Translations under genes and position numbers: made by a program | Shown here: positions 1 through 8,811 of the stretch, piece by piece | Layout: each line of letters opens with the position of its first letter | How positions within the stretch are numbered: position 1 is the first letter of the stretch | The notes under the pieces: generated by a model | What the model saw: the letters and a program-made list of their open reading frames with translations, nothing else | The model's database searches: none | What the model was told of the DNA's origin: nothing | Source: an uncultured Bdellovibrionales bacterium | Lineage (GTDB): Bacteria; Bdellovibrionota; UBA1018; CAIPTA01 | NCBI GenBank assembly: GCA_964551325.1 | Contig: CAZKBU010000002.1 | Coordinates: forward strand, 269,861 to 333,860 | Length of the DNA: 64,000 nt | Direction: 5' to 3'

Positions 1-245
1 TGATTGTGGCCTGGTTTTCCCGGCAAAGAGAATATCGCGCCGATGCCGGTGGCGCCCGTTATGCAGGTCGCGAGAATATGATCAAAGCGCTCCAGGCGCT
101 TCAGCGAACCACTCAACTCGTGGACGATGGCCATTCCTCTCTTGCGACCTTGAAAATCTCCGGCCGCAGAGGTGGTTTCCTTGCTTTACTTTCCTCGCAC
201 CCTCCCCTCGAGGAGCGGATACAAAGACTGGCTCTGGGGCGCTGA
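1..245 (+). CDS. htpX: M48-family protease HtpX, C-terminal fragment (5' end cut by window edge)
   Basis: ORF 6..245 continues in frame to the window start. C-terminal '...SSHPPLEERIQRLA' matches the conserved HtpX C-terminus. The stop overlaps the next start (TGAGTG). Confidence 0.6.
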   Translation, partial: IVAWFSRQREYRADAGGARYAGRENMIKALQALQRTTQLVDDGHSSLATLKISGRRGGFLALLSSHPPLEERIQRLALGR

Positions 246-1274
246 GTGGAGGAAGTTTTTGGTAACTCATTGAAGAACTGGGCTTCCGCCATCGGAGCTG
301 GAACCCTGGTGTTTCTATTAGCCTACGCGGTGAAGTGGGCGGCGGTAGCAAGACTACGATCACTCGCCTCCCGCACGACCACCCAGGTCGACGACTTGGT
401 GGTCGAAATCCTAGCCCATACGAAAATGTTTCTCCTGTTGGTTCTCGGAGTTGCAGCGGGGATCCGTTTTCTCCCGGTGCCCGTGATTTCGCCGGGAATC
501 TTTCGCGCCATCTTTGTGGTCTTGGTGGCCCTGCAGCTCGGTTTCTGGGGATCCGTAACGATTCGATTTTTCTTGGATCGCTCCACACAAAATGGTGGCG
601 ACTCGGCCCGGGCCACCACCATGGTGGCTGTGGGTTTTCTCGGCCGATTGGCTCTTTGGGCCACGCTCGCGCTCCTCGTTCTCGATAACCTAGGGGTAAA
701 TGTAACGACCCTCCTGGCCGGCCTTGGGGTGGGCGGCGTGGCCGTAGCTTTGGCAGTTCAAAACGTCTTGGGCGATTTACTAGCGTCGCTTTCCATCGTG
801 CTAGACAAGCCCTTCGTGATCGGCGACTCGATTCAAGTAGGCGACAACATCGGAGTGGTGGAACGAGTGGGCCTCAAGACCACTCGCCTGCGAAGCATCA
901 CGGGCGAACAGCTTGTTTATTCCAACGCCGAACTTCTCAAAGCCAATATCCGCAACTGGAAGCGAATGCAGGAGCGCCGGGCGCAGTTTTGGATCGGCGT
1001 CACCTATGAAACCCCCCAGCACCTCCTAAAAAAAGTCGAAGGCATCGTGAAGGATGCGGTAGGCAGTCATGGGCGTTTTGATCGCTGCCGTCTTAACCGC
1101 CTCGGACCGAGTTCTCTCGATTTCGACGTAGTCTATTTCGTTCAGAGCGGTGACTACGCCATCTACTCGGAGATTCAGGAAAAAATCTTATTTGCGATTC
1201 TGGAAAAATTTCAGTCGGAGGGGATTCAGATCGCCTACCCCACAAACCTCACCATCCAGCGGCAGGCACAATGA
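246..1274 (+). CDS. MscS-family small-conductance mechanosensitive channel
   Basis: 342 aa. N-terminal TM helices, then the MscS beta-domain signature 'VGDNIGVVERVGLKTTRLRSITGEQLVYSNAELL'. GTG start overlaps the htpX stop. Confidence 0.8.
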   Translation: MEEVFGNSLKNWASAIGAGTLVFLLAYAVKWAAVARLRSLASRTTTQVDDLVVEILAHTKMFLLLVLGVAAGIRFLPVPVISPGIFRAIFVVLVALQLGFWGSVTIRFFLDRSTQNGGDSARATTMVAVGFLGRLALWATLALLVLDNLGVNVTTLLAGLGVGGVAVALAVQNVLGDLLASLSIVLDKPFVIGDSIQVGDNIGVVERVGLKTTRLRSITGEQLVYSNAELLKANIRNWKRMQERRAQFWIGVTYETPQHLLKKVEGIVKDAVGSHGRFDRCRLNRLGPSSLDFDVVYFVQSGDYAIYSEIQEKILFAILEKFQSEGIQIAYPTNLTIQRQAQ

Positions 1275-2089
1275 AGAAGAAAGGCCTTTCCAGCGCGGTT
1301 GCTGTGGTGAAGCGATTGCGCTCACCCGGCGGCTGCCCCTGGGACCGTGAACAGACTCACCGATCCCTTCGCCCTTTTCTCCTCGAAGAATCCCACGAAC
1401 TACTTGAGATTCTCGATCAGAAGCGCCCCGCCCCCCAAAAGATGAAGGAAGAGCTGGGCGACCTACTATTACAGATTCTCCTCCACGCGCGTATCGCCGA
1501 AGAGGCCGGCGAATTCGACATTGGTGACGTAGGCGCCGCCCTCGCCGACAAACTGATTCGACGACATCCTCATGTTTTTGGATCTGCGAAGTTAAAAACG
1601 GCCAATGAAGTGATCGGGCGCTGGGAACGCCTGAAGGATAAAGAGAAAAAGGATCGTAGAGTGCTCGACGGCATTCCCAAAAAGCTTCCGGCCCTGCAAA
1701 GATCGGCGAAAGTGATCGACCGGGTCAGCCGAGTGGGATTTCAATGGGAAAACCTGGAAGGCCCTCTGGAAAAGCTACGCGAAGAAGTGGGCGAACTGGA
1801 ACGCGATCTCGCCTCCCTGGGCCCCACCAAGAAAGTTCGAAAGGGAGCGATTAAAAACAAGATTCTGAAATCTCGAATTGAGTCAGAGGTAGGCGATGTT
1901 CTGTTTTGCGTGGCAAATATTTGCCACTTTCTCGAGATAGAACCGGAGGGCGCCCTCCGAGAGATGCTCCACCGATTCGAAAAGAGATTTGAACATGTGG
2001 AAAACAGAGTTAAAAAGTCGAGACGAAATTTCCAGGACTACACTCTCGACGAACTTGATGTGTTCTGGGAAGAGGCGAAGAAAAAATGA
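1271..2089 (+). CDS. mazG: Nucleoside triphosphate pyrophosphohydrolase MazG
   Basis: 272 aa. 'RLRSPGGCPWDREQTHRSLRPFLLEESHELLEIL' and a second EExxE repeat typical of the tandem MazG domain. ATGA overlap with the upstream gene. Confidence 0.85.
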   Translation: MKKKGLSSAVAVVKRLRSPGGCPWDREQTHRSLRPFLLEESHELLEILDQKRPAPQKMKEELGDLLLQILLHARIAEEAGEFDIGDVGAALADKLIRRHPHVFGSAKLKTANEVIGRWERLKDKEKKDRRVLDGIPKKLPALQRSAKVIDRVSRVGFQWENLEGPLEKLREEVGELERDLASLGPTKKVRKGAIKNKILKSRIESEVGDVLFCVANICHFLEIEPEGALREMLHRFEKRFEHVENRVKKSRRNFQDYTLDELDVFWEEAKKK

Positions 2090-2355
2090 AAATTAAGGCA
2101 CGACACATTCTTGTTGATCATGAACACGAAGCCCTGGATCTTCTCCGGAAGATTCAGGACGGCAAACCATTTGAAGGGGTGGCCAAAGAATTTTCCAAGT
2201 GCCCCTCCGGCGCCGAAGGCGGCGACCTCGGGGAGTTCGGCAAAGGAATGATGGTTCGCCCTTTTGAAGAGGCTGCATTTGCCCTCGAAGTGGGTGCCAC
2301 ATCTAAGCCGATACGCACCCAGTTCGGCTGGCACCTCATTCAGCGCTACGCCTAG
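2086..2355 (+). CDS. Parvulin-type peptidyl-prolyl cis-trans isomerase (PpiC family, single domain)
   Basis: 89 aa. 'KARHILV...FSKCPSGAEGGDLGEF..GMMVRPFEEAAFAL.VG..S.PIRTQFGWHLIQ' is the canonical parvulin fold signature. ATGA overlap with mazG. Confidence 0.8.
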   Translation: MKIKARHILVDHEHEALDLLRKIQDGKPFEGVAKEFSKCPSGAEGGDLGEFGKGMMVRPFEEAAFALEVGATSKPIRTQFGWHLIQRYA

Positions 2356-2458
2356 TTCATCTAGCGACAACGCCCGCAAAATTCAAGTATCTTATTGATT
2401 TTATTGGTTTTTTATAAAATTGCTCGCCCCAATTTCCAATTCAATTAATTGACTATTT

Positions 2459-3814
2459 ATGTTAAGTATTAAGCCATCTATGGTTCATTCAGATTTTCTA
2501 AAACCCCGCAGAGATCCAAGTGCAGTTTCGCGCCATATGGCCAAGCTTCTAAAATCACCGGAGATCAAGAGAATGAGGAGCTACGGCGACTTGTTTTCAG
2601 AGTTTCATTTGAAATTCACCACGACCGATCAAGTGCGCGGACGCAACGTAGTGATTAACGGAACTCCAGTGATCAATTTCGGTTCCGCCAACTATCTCGG
2701 ATTGGACTCCCACCCTGCCGTGCTCAATGCCGCTAAGAATTCCCTTACGAAATGGGGGAATCATTCTGGCTGCTCTCGAATATTTTCATCACACAAAAAT
2801 CTTGTGGTTCTGGAGCAAAAGATTGCTGAAATTACCGGCGCCGAAGCCGCAATGGTATGCGTGAACACCTCGCAAACACACCAAGGCGCGATTCCAGCGC
2901 TGTTTGGCAGGAAGGACACCACCCTCTTTCTGGATCGCTATGCCCACACCAGCATGCATCAAGCGGGGCTGATCGCAACCGCAAAAGGAGCCACCTTGGT
3001 TCGCACCGACATCCGCGATCTGCGATCAGTAGAGAACCAACTCAAGCAAGACAATTCCGAGACAAAGGTAATTCTTGTAGATGGTGTCTATAGCATGCAA
3101 GGAACCGTGCCCGACCTTAGAAAACTCCAAGAAGTGTGCACACGCACAAACACCCTGCTCTATATCGACGACGCACACGGGATTGGAATCTACGGAAAAC
3201 GCGGCGGCGGCGTAGTGGAAGCCCAAGGTCTTCACTATAAAAATCTGATTCTCGCCGGAACTCTTCAGAAAGGTCTCGGAGCCTTTGGCGGCTTCATTGC
3301 CGGATGCCAATCCTTAATTGACTTTCTCCGCGCCACGAGTCGTTCCTACATTTTTTCAGGAACCATTCAACCACAGGCCGTAGAAGGAGCCCTTGCGGCT
3401 ATTGCCATCAGTGATTCCGATGAAGGCAGAACCCTTCGCGCAAGACTGAGCGAAAAGTCCCGGCACATCCGCAAAGAACTTCTTAAACTGGGCTTTCAAG
3501 TGACCGACGGCGACTCTCCCATTATTTCTGTTTTGATTGGGCCCGAATTGCGCACACTAATGGCAGGAAGAAAGCTCTTCGACGAGGGGCTTTACATCAA
3601 TTCGGTTCTCTTCCCCGCTACACCTCGGGATGAGGGGCTGCTTAGAATCTCCCTTAATGCCAATCACACGGATGAGCAGATCGCGCACCTCTTGAAATCG
3701 TTTTCTTCTCTGAAAATCTACCTCAATGAATTCTATAAGCCGTGGGGACCGAACCTGATCTATGCAAGACAGATCGTCAGGCGGCAGGCAAAAAAAATTA
3801 GACTGCTCGCCTAG
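2459..3814 (+). CDS. PLP-dependent alpha-oxoamine synthase (serine palmitoyltransferase / BioF / Kbl family); Spt-like
   Basis: 451 aa. 'NFGSANYLGL' substrate loop and 'YIDDAHGIGIYG' PLP region. The Schiff-base lysine context 'SGTLQKGLGAFGG' is diagnostic of the AONS/SPT family. A ~50-aa N-terminal extension resembles bacterial Spt. The AT-rich promoter-like region at 2356-2458 contains TTGACT. Confidence 0.75.
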   Translation: MLSIKPSMVHSDFLKPRRDPSAVSRHMAKLLKSPEIKRMRSYGDLFSEFHLKFTTTDQVRGRNVVINGTPVINFGSANYLGLDSHPAVLNAAKNSLTKWGNHSGCSRIFSSHKNLVVLEQKIAEITGAEAAMVCVNTSQTHQGAIPALFGRKDTTLFLDRYAHTSMHQAGLIATAKGATLVRTDIRDLRSVENQLKQDNSETKVILVDGVYSMQGTVPDLRKLQEVCTRTNTLLYIDDAHGIGIYGKRGGGVVEAQGLHYKNLILAGTLQKGLGAFGGFIAGCQSLIDFLRATSRSYIFSGTIQPQAVEGALAAIAISDSDEGRTLRARLSEKSRHIRKELLKLGFQVTDGDSPIISVLIGPELRTLMAGRKLFDEGLYINSVLFPATPRDEGLLRISLNANHTDEQIAHLLKSFSSLKIYLNEFYKPWGPNLIYARQIVRRQAKKIRLLA

Positions 3815-3820
3815 GTAAAC

Positions 3821-4918
3821 ATGAAACTTTCCTGCACTGAGACGTCTCCTCATGAAACACGCCGGGCGTATCTCGATCTTTGGAAAGTACACAAAAAAGG
3901 ATTCGACTCGTTTTCCTTTCCCGATGTTTTTTTCGAAAAACTGATCACCGGTGATTTCGTATTCCTGCGCAATCACTTCACGCTTAAAACTCTTTGCCTT
4001 ACGCGATCGGAAAAGCCAATTCTCATGGCAACAATTTTCCTGCCGAAAAGACCCGGAGCTTCGCTTGCCAACCTACGCGCTTCGATCGGAGCGTTTGCTT
4101 ACGCTCCCGAAATCCAAGAAGAAGAATCCAGGTATTTTTGGAACTGGGTACAGAATCGATATGCCGAACTAGATCCCATTGGCCCCATGAATGGCCACTA
4201 CTATCTTGGCTTCAGCCTTCCTCCCGATAACGCCGACGGCAAAAAAATCGGTTTTCAAACAGCCGCTCCTCATAGAAATCAGCGTCGTGTTTTTGGTCAC
4301 TTCGAAAGCGTGCCTCCGCTTAGAACTTTCCATTCATTTGAAACACCGCTGAACCAGGCGTTGGTCGAGAAAATCGAGTCAAAGATCGAAACTCCGCCAC
4401 CGGGCATCCGCATTCGACCGTTTCGAGCAACCACCGCCCGCCGGGATCTTGCTGTAATGAATGACCTGGTGAACAAATGTTTTACTGAACATTTTGGCTT
4501 TGTACCTCTCACAGAAGAGGAGAATTGGGACATTTCCCGCTGGTCGATCCCGCTCTTTCGACGCGGCCATTTCCTGTTTATTGAGGACTCCGGAAAGCCG
4601 ATTGGTTTTTGTTTCGGAACCCTAGACTTCAATCAAGTAATGCGAAATGGGAGCGACTTAGGGAACTTAGGAAGAATGCTTCTGCCCGGAACCATTCCCA
4701 GAGCCAGAATGATTCACAAAGGTGTTCTGCCGGAGTACCAGGGCCAAGGCCTTGTGAATCAGGCTCGCCACCGCATTCTTCTCTCTTTCGCCAAGTCCGG
4801 AGTAAAAACAGTTGAAAACTCCTACGTTGACGAAGGCAACGTAAAATCATTGAGTAATGTGCGCTCTACGGGTGCTATCCCCTTGCACAATTTCCATCTG
4901 CACCACCTCGCCAGGTGA
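3821..4918 (+). CDS. Hypothetical protein with C-terminal GNAT-like acyl-CoA N-acyltransferase fold; candidate N-acyltransferase (ceramide-synthase-like?)
   Basis: 365 aa, starting 7 bp after the Spt-like gene so in the same operon. The C-terminal 'KGVLPEYQGQGLVNQARHRILLSFAKSGVKTVENSYVDEGN' resembles the GNAT acyl-CoA-binding motif A/B region. The N-terminal ~230 aa have no motif I recognise. Confidence 0.4.
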   Translation: MKLSCTETSPHETRRAYLDLWKVHKKGFDSFSFPDVFFEKLITGDFVFLRNHFTLKTLCLTRSEKPILMATIFLPKRPGASLANLRASIGAFAYAPEIQEEESRYFWNWVQNRYAELDPIGPMNGHYYLGFSLPPDNADGKKIGFQTAAPHRNQRRVFGHFESVPPLRTFHSFETPLNQALVEKIESKIETPPPGIRIRPFRATTARRDLAVMNDLVNKCFTEHFGFVPLTEEENWDISRWSIPLFRRGHFLFIEDSGKPIGFCFGTLDFNQVMRNGSDLGNLGRMLLPGTIPRARMIHKGVLPEYQGQGLVNQARHRILLSFAKSGVKTVENSYVDEGNVKSLSNVRSTGAIPLHNFHLHHLAR

Positions 4919-5063
4919 CGAGGCCGCACCAGCCCCAGGCATTTTCATGTATCTTCCTGTGCCGTGGGGTGTTATGTTGCCTCCCTTAACTGCTTCTTTT
5001 GAGACCTAGGGCATTGGGCCCAAGAATCCTCCTGAGCGGCTCCCAGCCTTTAGAGGAGGATTT

Positions 5064-5351
5064 ATGGGAAAGAAAATCTACGTCGGCAATCTGAGCTACA
5101 ACACCAACGACAACAGTCTGCAAGAGGCCTTCTCGGCTTACGGCACCGTGGAATCTGCAAAAGTGATCACGGATCGCGACACCGGCCGCAGCAAGGGCTT
5201 TGGTTTCGTGGAAATGTCTTCTGATGCGGAAGCCAGTGCTGCAATCAGCAAGCTCAACGGTCAAGACATCGACGGCCGTGCCGTAAATGTGAGCGAAGCC
5301 AAGCCTATGGCGCCCCGAGAAAATCGCGGATTCAGCCGCAACCGATACTGA
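5064..5351 (+). CDS. RRM-domain RNA-binding protein (glycine/arginine-rich C-terminus)
   Basis: 95 aa. RNP2 'IYVGNL' and RNP1 'KGFGFVEM' motifs. GGAGGA RBS 7 nt upstream. 145-nt 5' leader. Confidence 0.85.
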   Translation: MGKKIYVGNLSYNTNDNSLQEAFSAYGTVESAKVITDRDTGRSKGFGFVEMSSDAEASAAISKLNGQDIDGRAVNVSEAKPMAPRENRGFSRNRY

Positions 5352-5360
5352 GCGTAGCGG

Positions 5361-5606
5361 TTGTCACGAGACGATTTGCTTCAGGTGGAAGGTCGCGTGA
5401 CCATAGCCACCGGTGGAGGCGACTACCATATCCAGTTGGATGGTGGTCCCTCCGTTACCGCTCGGATCGGCGGCAAGATGAAAAAGTTCAAGATCCGCAT
5501 TTTGGTGGGTGATCGGGTAACCGTCGCCCTTTCCCCCTACGACCTTACTCACGGACTCATCGTCCATCGTCATAAGCCTGGCTACATTCCTGGAGGTTCA
5601 TCATGA
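5361..5606 (+). CDS. infA: Translation initiation factor IF-1
   Basis: 81 aa. S1-like fold 'VEGRVT...GGKMKKFKIRILVGDRVTVALSPYDLTHGLIV' aligns with E. coli InfA ([31 protein letters not shown]). Confidence 0.85.
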   Translation: MSRDDLLQVEGRVTIATGGGDYHIQLDGGPSVTARIGGKMKKFKIRILVGDRVTVALSPYDLTHGLIVHRHKPGYIPGGSS

Positions 5607-5785
5607 AAGAAGCCCCTCGTCCGGTTCGCGGCCAGCTACGTTGCAACTCCTGCCGCACCCTTTGCGCCCCGAAACAGGGCGACTGGTTCGTGAGCAAAGG
5701 CTCGAAGGATCAGCAAATTTTTCTCTGCAAAAAGTGCGAGCAGGAAAAGAAGGATGAATTCGAACGGGCGATTCCCATTCGGTAG
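5603..5785 (+). CDS. Small zinc-ribbon protein (CxxC...CxxC), translationally coupled to infA
   Basis: 60 aa. 'CNSCRTLCAP...FLCKKCEQEKK' has two Cys pairs. ATGA overlap with the infA stop. Confidence 0.45.
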   Translation: MKEAPRPVRGQLRCNSCRTLCAPKQGDWFVSKGSKDQQIFLCKKCEQEKKDEFERAIPIR

Positions 5786-5790
5786 TCCGA

Positions 5791-6495
5791 TCAGGCGCGC
5801 CCCGACTTCCAGCCCAGACAAAACTCGCGGATTAAGGCCCGATACTTGGTGGAGTTCAGAAGGTTCATGGGCATGAACTCCAAACCAAATTGCATTCTGC
5901 GAACTAGAACTCCGGCCTGCTCGTCAATTTCTTCCGTCACATGAGCCACCCTTGCGGATAGGTAGTTCAGACGCTCCCCAAAGTTCGTGAGAAGGTCGAA
6001 TTCCATTTTTTGACCGAACACCAGCTCCTGAAGCTCGTCGCCCACATGCTCCAGCAAAAGCCCGCCCAGCGTGAAATTTCGCACGCCCAGAAGAAACTCC
6101 TGCCCTCGAAAGTAGACAACCGCCACCGATGGAACCGGCAAATGATCAGCCTGAGCCGGTAAACGGGGCAATCCTCTTCGCCATGGCGACGGGAGGCCAT
6201 GAAACTCCACGTCCTTACGTATCAGATCCGCAATCCAGGGATCCAAGCGGGTGAACCGAAGATTGAAAACTGTTCCGTCTTTGCCCGACTCCCTCACGAT
6301 CCGGGCCCTGAGCGGGTGTCCACGATACTCCACGTCCACTTCTTGCCCCATCCAAGCCAAAGCCAAGGCGGAACCATCCACACCACGAAGCACGTTTTTT
6401 GCGCCAGCTACCGAAACTAGAGCGTCGACCTCCAGAGCTTCATGCCCCAATTGGACGCGCAAACGGGAACTGGTGAAAATCCTTTTCTCCAGCAT
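5791..6495 (-). CDS. Hypothetical protein, possible PilZ-domain (c-di-GMP-binding) protein
   Basis: The ORF-track entry 5791..6558 begins at a TTG. The first ATG (MLEKRIF...) is at 6495. 'RIFTSSRLRV' and 'DGSALALAW' loosely match the PilZ RxxxR / DxSxxG motifs. Weak call. Confidence 0.3.
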   Translation of the reverse strand: MLEKRIFTSSRLRVQLGHEALEVDALVSVAGAKNVLRGVDGSALALAWMGQEVDVEYRGHPLRARIVRESGKDGTVFNLRFTRLDPWIADLIRKDVEFHGLPSPWRRGLPRLPAQADHLPVPSVAVVYFRGQEFLLGVRNFTLGGLLLEHVGDELQELVFGQKMEFDLLTNFGERLNYLSARVAHVTEEIDEQAGVLVRRMQFGLEFMPMNLLNSTKYRALIREFCLGWKSGRA

Positions 6496-6544
6496 ATGTT
6501 TAATTTTAACCCGCCCCCCTCTCCCGCGCCAACACGGTCCTAAT

Positions 6545-6561
6545 CCCTTGGATTTCAAGGG
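6545..6561. promoter_or_regulatory. Perfect inverted repeat CCCTTG-gattt-CAAGGG in the divergent promoter region between the PilZ-like gene and ddl
   Basis: Read directly: cccttggatttcaaggg, 20 bp upstream of the ddl start codon. Confidence 0.3.
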
Positions 6562-6581
6562 CTTTCTGGTAACCTTTCTCT

Positions 6582-7709
6582 ATGGGAAAGAAGCGCGTCA
6601 TCGTTTTGTATGGGGGTAAGAGCGGCGAACATGAGGTTTCGCTCCAATCGGCCGCATCCGTTATCCGCAACCTCGATAAAAACAAGTTTGATGTAGTTCC
6701 GGTTGGTATCGATAAAGACGGTCGCTGGCACTATCACGACCTCTCTTTGATCGAGAGCCAGAAGGGCAAAGAACTACCCATCTTCAAAAATCAGCCCGAA
6801 GTCACCCTCGTAAACCGCAATGAAGCGGCCCTTGTTCCCATAGGAAATGGAGCTCCAACTCTCCCCCCCCAGGTCGATGTTGTTTTCCCCGTTATGCACG
6901 GCCCCCTCTGCGAAGACGGCACGATTCAAGGCATGATGGAAATCGCCGACGTAGCCTATGTGGGCTCAGGCGTCCTCGGATCCGCGATCGGCATGGACAA
7001 GGATTTGGCCAAACGTTTGGCTCAATTAGCGGGCTGCCCGATTGCCCCCTATGTTTCTCTCAAAAAATCCGACTGGGAGTCGAATCGAGAAGCCATAGTT
7101 GCACGAGCAAGGGGGGCATTCCCTCTCCCCGTGTTTGTGAAACCGGCCAACATGGGCTCCAGTGTGGGGGTACACAAGATTAAGGATTGGAAAGATCTCC
7201 CGCAGGCGCTCCAAGACGCCTTTCAGTACGACGAAAAAGTTTTAGTGGAGAAGGGAATCGATGCCCGCGAAATCGAAGTCGCGGTACTGGAATCCAGCCG
7301 TTCGGGTGAAACTCATCTCACCGGCGTTCCGGGGGAAGTGCGGCCCACTGGATCCCACGATTTCTACTCCTACGAATCAAAGTACCTCGACGAAAACGGC
7401 GCCGAGCTTATTCTCCCCGCCAAACTCACCGACCCTCAGGCCGAAGAATGCCGCGCGCTAGCGGTAAAGATTTTCGATGCGCTGGAACTTTCCGGCATGG
7501 CTCGTGTCGACTTCCTCATGGACAAGCGCACGGGAACTTTTTACTTCAATGAAGTGAATACCATCCCCGGTTTCACTTCGATCAGCATGTACCCAAAGAT
7601 GATGGAAGCCTCGGGAATACCCTACGGCGAACTTCTCACTCGCCTCGTGGATCTCGCCTTGCGACGACACGAGAGACGGAAAGCTCTTCGGCGCGACTTT
7701 AAGAGCTAA
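6582..7709 (+). CDS. ddl: D-alanine--D-alanine ligase
   Basis: 375 aa. 'RVIVLYGGKSGEHEVSLQSA' N-terminus, ATP-grasp core 'REIEVAVLE', C-terminal 'EVNTIPGFTSISMYPKMMEASG'. Confidence 0.9.
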   Translation: MGKKRVIVLYGGKSGEHEVSLQSAASVIRNLDKNKFDVVPVGIDKDGRWHYHDLSLIESQKGKELPIFKNQPEVTLVNRNEAALVPIGNGAPTLPPQVDVVFPVMHGPLCEDGTIQGMMEIADVAYVGSGVLGSAIGMDKDLAKRLAQLAGCPIAPYVSLKKSDWESNREAIVARARGAFPLPVFVKPANMGSSVGVHKIKDWKDLPQALQDAFQYDEKVLVEKGIDAREIEVAVLESSRSGETHLTGVPGEVRPTGSHDFYSYESKYLDENGAELILPAKLTDPQAEECRALAVKIFDALELSGMARVDFLMDKRTGTFYFNEVNTIPGFTSISMYPKMMEASGIPYGELLTRLVDLALRRHERRKALRRDFKS

Positions 7710-8784
7710 GCCGACGAAGAATCGCCCGACGAGCCGGTATTTCGATCCATCGATACACCAGCACCGACACTCCCAGGATCAGTCCCATCACAACAATCGT
7801 AAACAAGATGGGGTCCACCGTGTTCTTACTACGAATCGCGGAGGCCCAGTCGCGCAGTGGAACGTGAAGAATGTAGAGCGCATAGCTCGCTTCTCCGAGA
7901 AGCTCGAGCCAAGGAGGCGCCCGCCCCGGAAGAAAGGCGAGGACCAAAATGAGGGCGGCGAAAAAGGGAGCCAGGAGGATTCCATTAAGCCAAAGGTAGG
8001 GCAGTTCAGGCGCTGCGGCGATTCCCCAGAAAACACCGCCCAGCCCAATGCTACCAATCAGCCAGCTCAATCGCGGGTTTTCCCAGGCCCGAAAAAGCCG
8101 CGCCAGAAAAATACCCATCACAAACTCAGGCAAGTGCGCAATCGGATGGGTTTGCACGAAATCCGACCACCACCCCAGGCTGTCGGGCTTATTTTGATTC
8201 AGTCCGTTCCACATCATGGCCGCAGGTTCCACCCAAAACGTGGCTCCTTGAATTAGCCAACCGATGCCCAAAGAAAAAGCTAGCCCGATGAGAGCCCCTC
8301 GAAGGGAACTTCCCACGCGAAGTCGTAAAAAAAACGGAAAGAGCAGGTAGAAAAACATTTCCGCATGAATCGACCATGCCGGATAGTTCACAATGCCGGC
8401 ATCGGGAAACCAGGATCCCAAAAAACCGAGATGCACGGCGAGGTATCCCCAAATCTTCGCCCCCTCACCCGTTCGGGCGAGTGCCATCCAGGCGGGAACG
8501 GCCCCTAAAGCGAGCCCGATCCAAAATGCCGGCACGATGCGGGCAAAACGTTTCACCAGAAACTCTCCCCAGCCCACGGACAGCTGGCGAGAATAGGTGT
8601 GCTCCAAAACAAAACCAGACAGCACAAAGAAAAAGGGAACGAAAATATATCCCGTTCTCACAAGGTGCAAAAACAACTCCGGCACATCTTGATCAAAAGA
8701 AGGGTTCCAACGGGGAATCAAGTGGAAGCAAAACACTCCGAAGGCGGCAAAGAATCGAGCGGCCGTGAGATAGGAAAGCTTCAT
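7699..8784 (-). CDS. Acyltransferase family 3 (OafA/YrhL-like membrane O-acyltransferase)
   Basis: 361 aa, polytopic. N-terminal 'FFAAFGVFCFHL', 10+ hydrophobic segments and a conserved His-rich first TM typical of Acyl_transf_3. Confidence 0.7.
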   Translation of the reverse strand: MKLSYLTAARFFAAFGVFCFHLIPRWNPSFDQDVPELFLHLVRTGYIFVPFFFVLSGFVLEHTYSRQLSVGWGEFLVKRFARIVPAFWIGLALGAVPAWMALARTGEGAKIWGYLAVHLGFLGSWFPDAGIVNYPAWSIHAEMFFYLLFPFFLRLRVGSSLRGALIGLAFSLGIGWLIQGATFWVEPAAMMWNGLNQNKPDSLGWWSDFVQTHPIAHLPEFVMGIFLARLFRAWENPRLSWLIGSIGLGGVFWGIAAAPELPYLWLNGILLAPFFAALILVLAFLPGRAPPWLELLGEASYALYILHVPLRDWASAIRSKNTVDPILFTIVVMGLILGVSVLVYRWIEIPARRAILRRLSS

Positions 8785-8811
8785 CTAACCTAAAGGATAG
8801 ATTCCAGAGGC

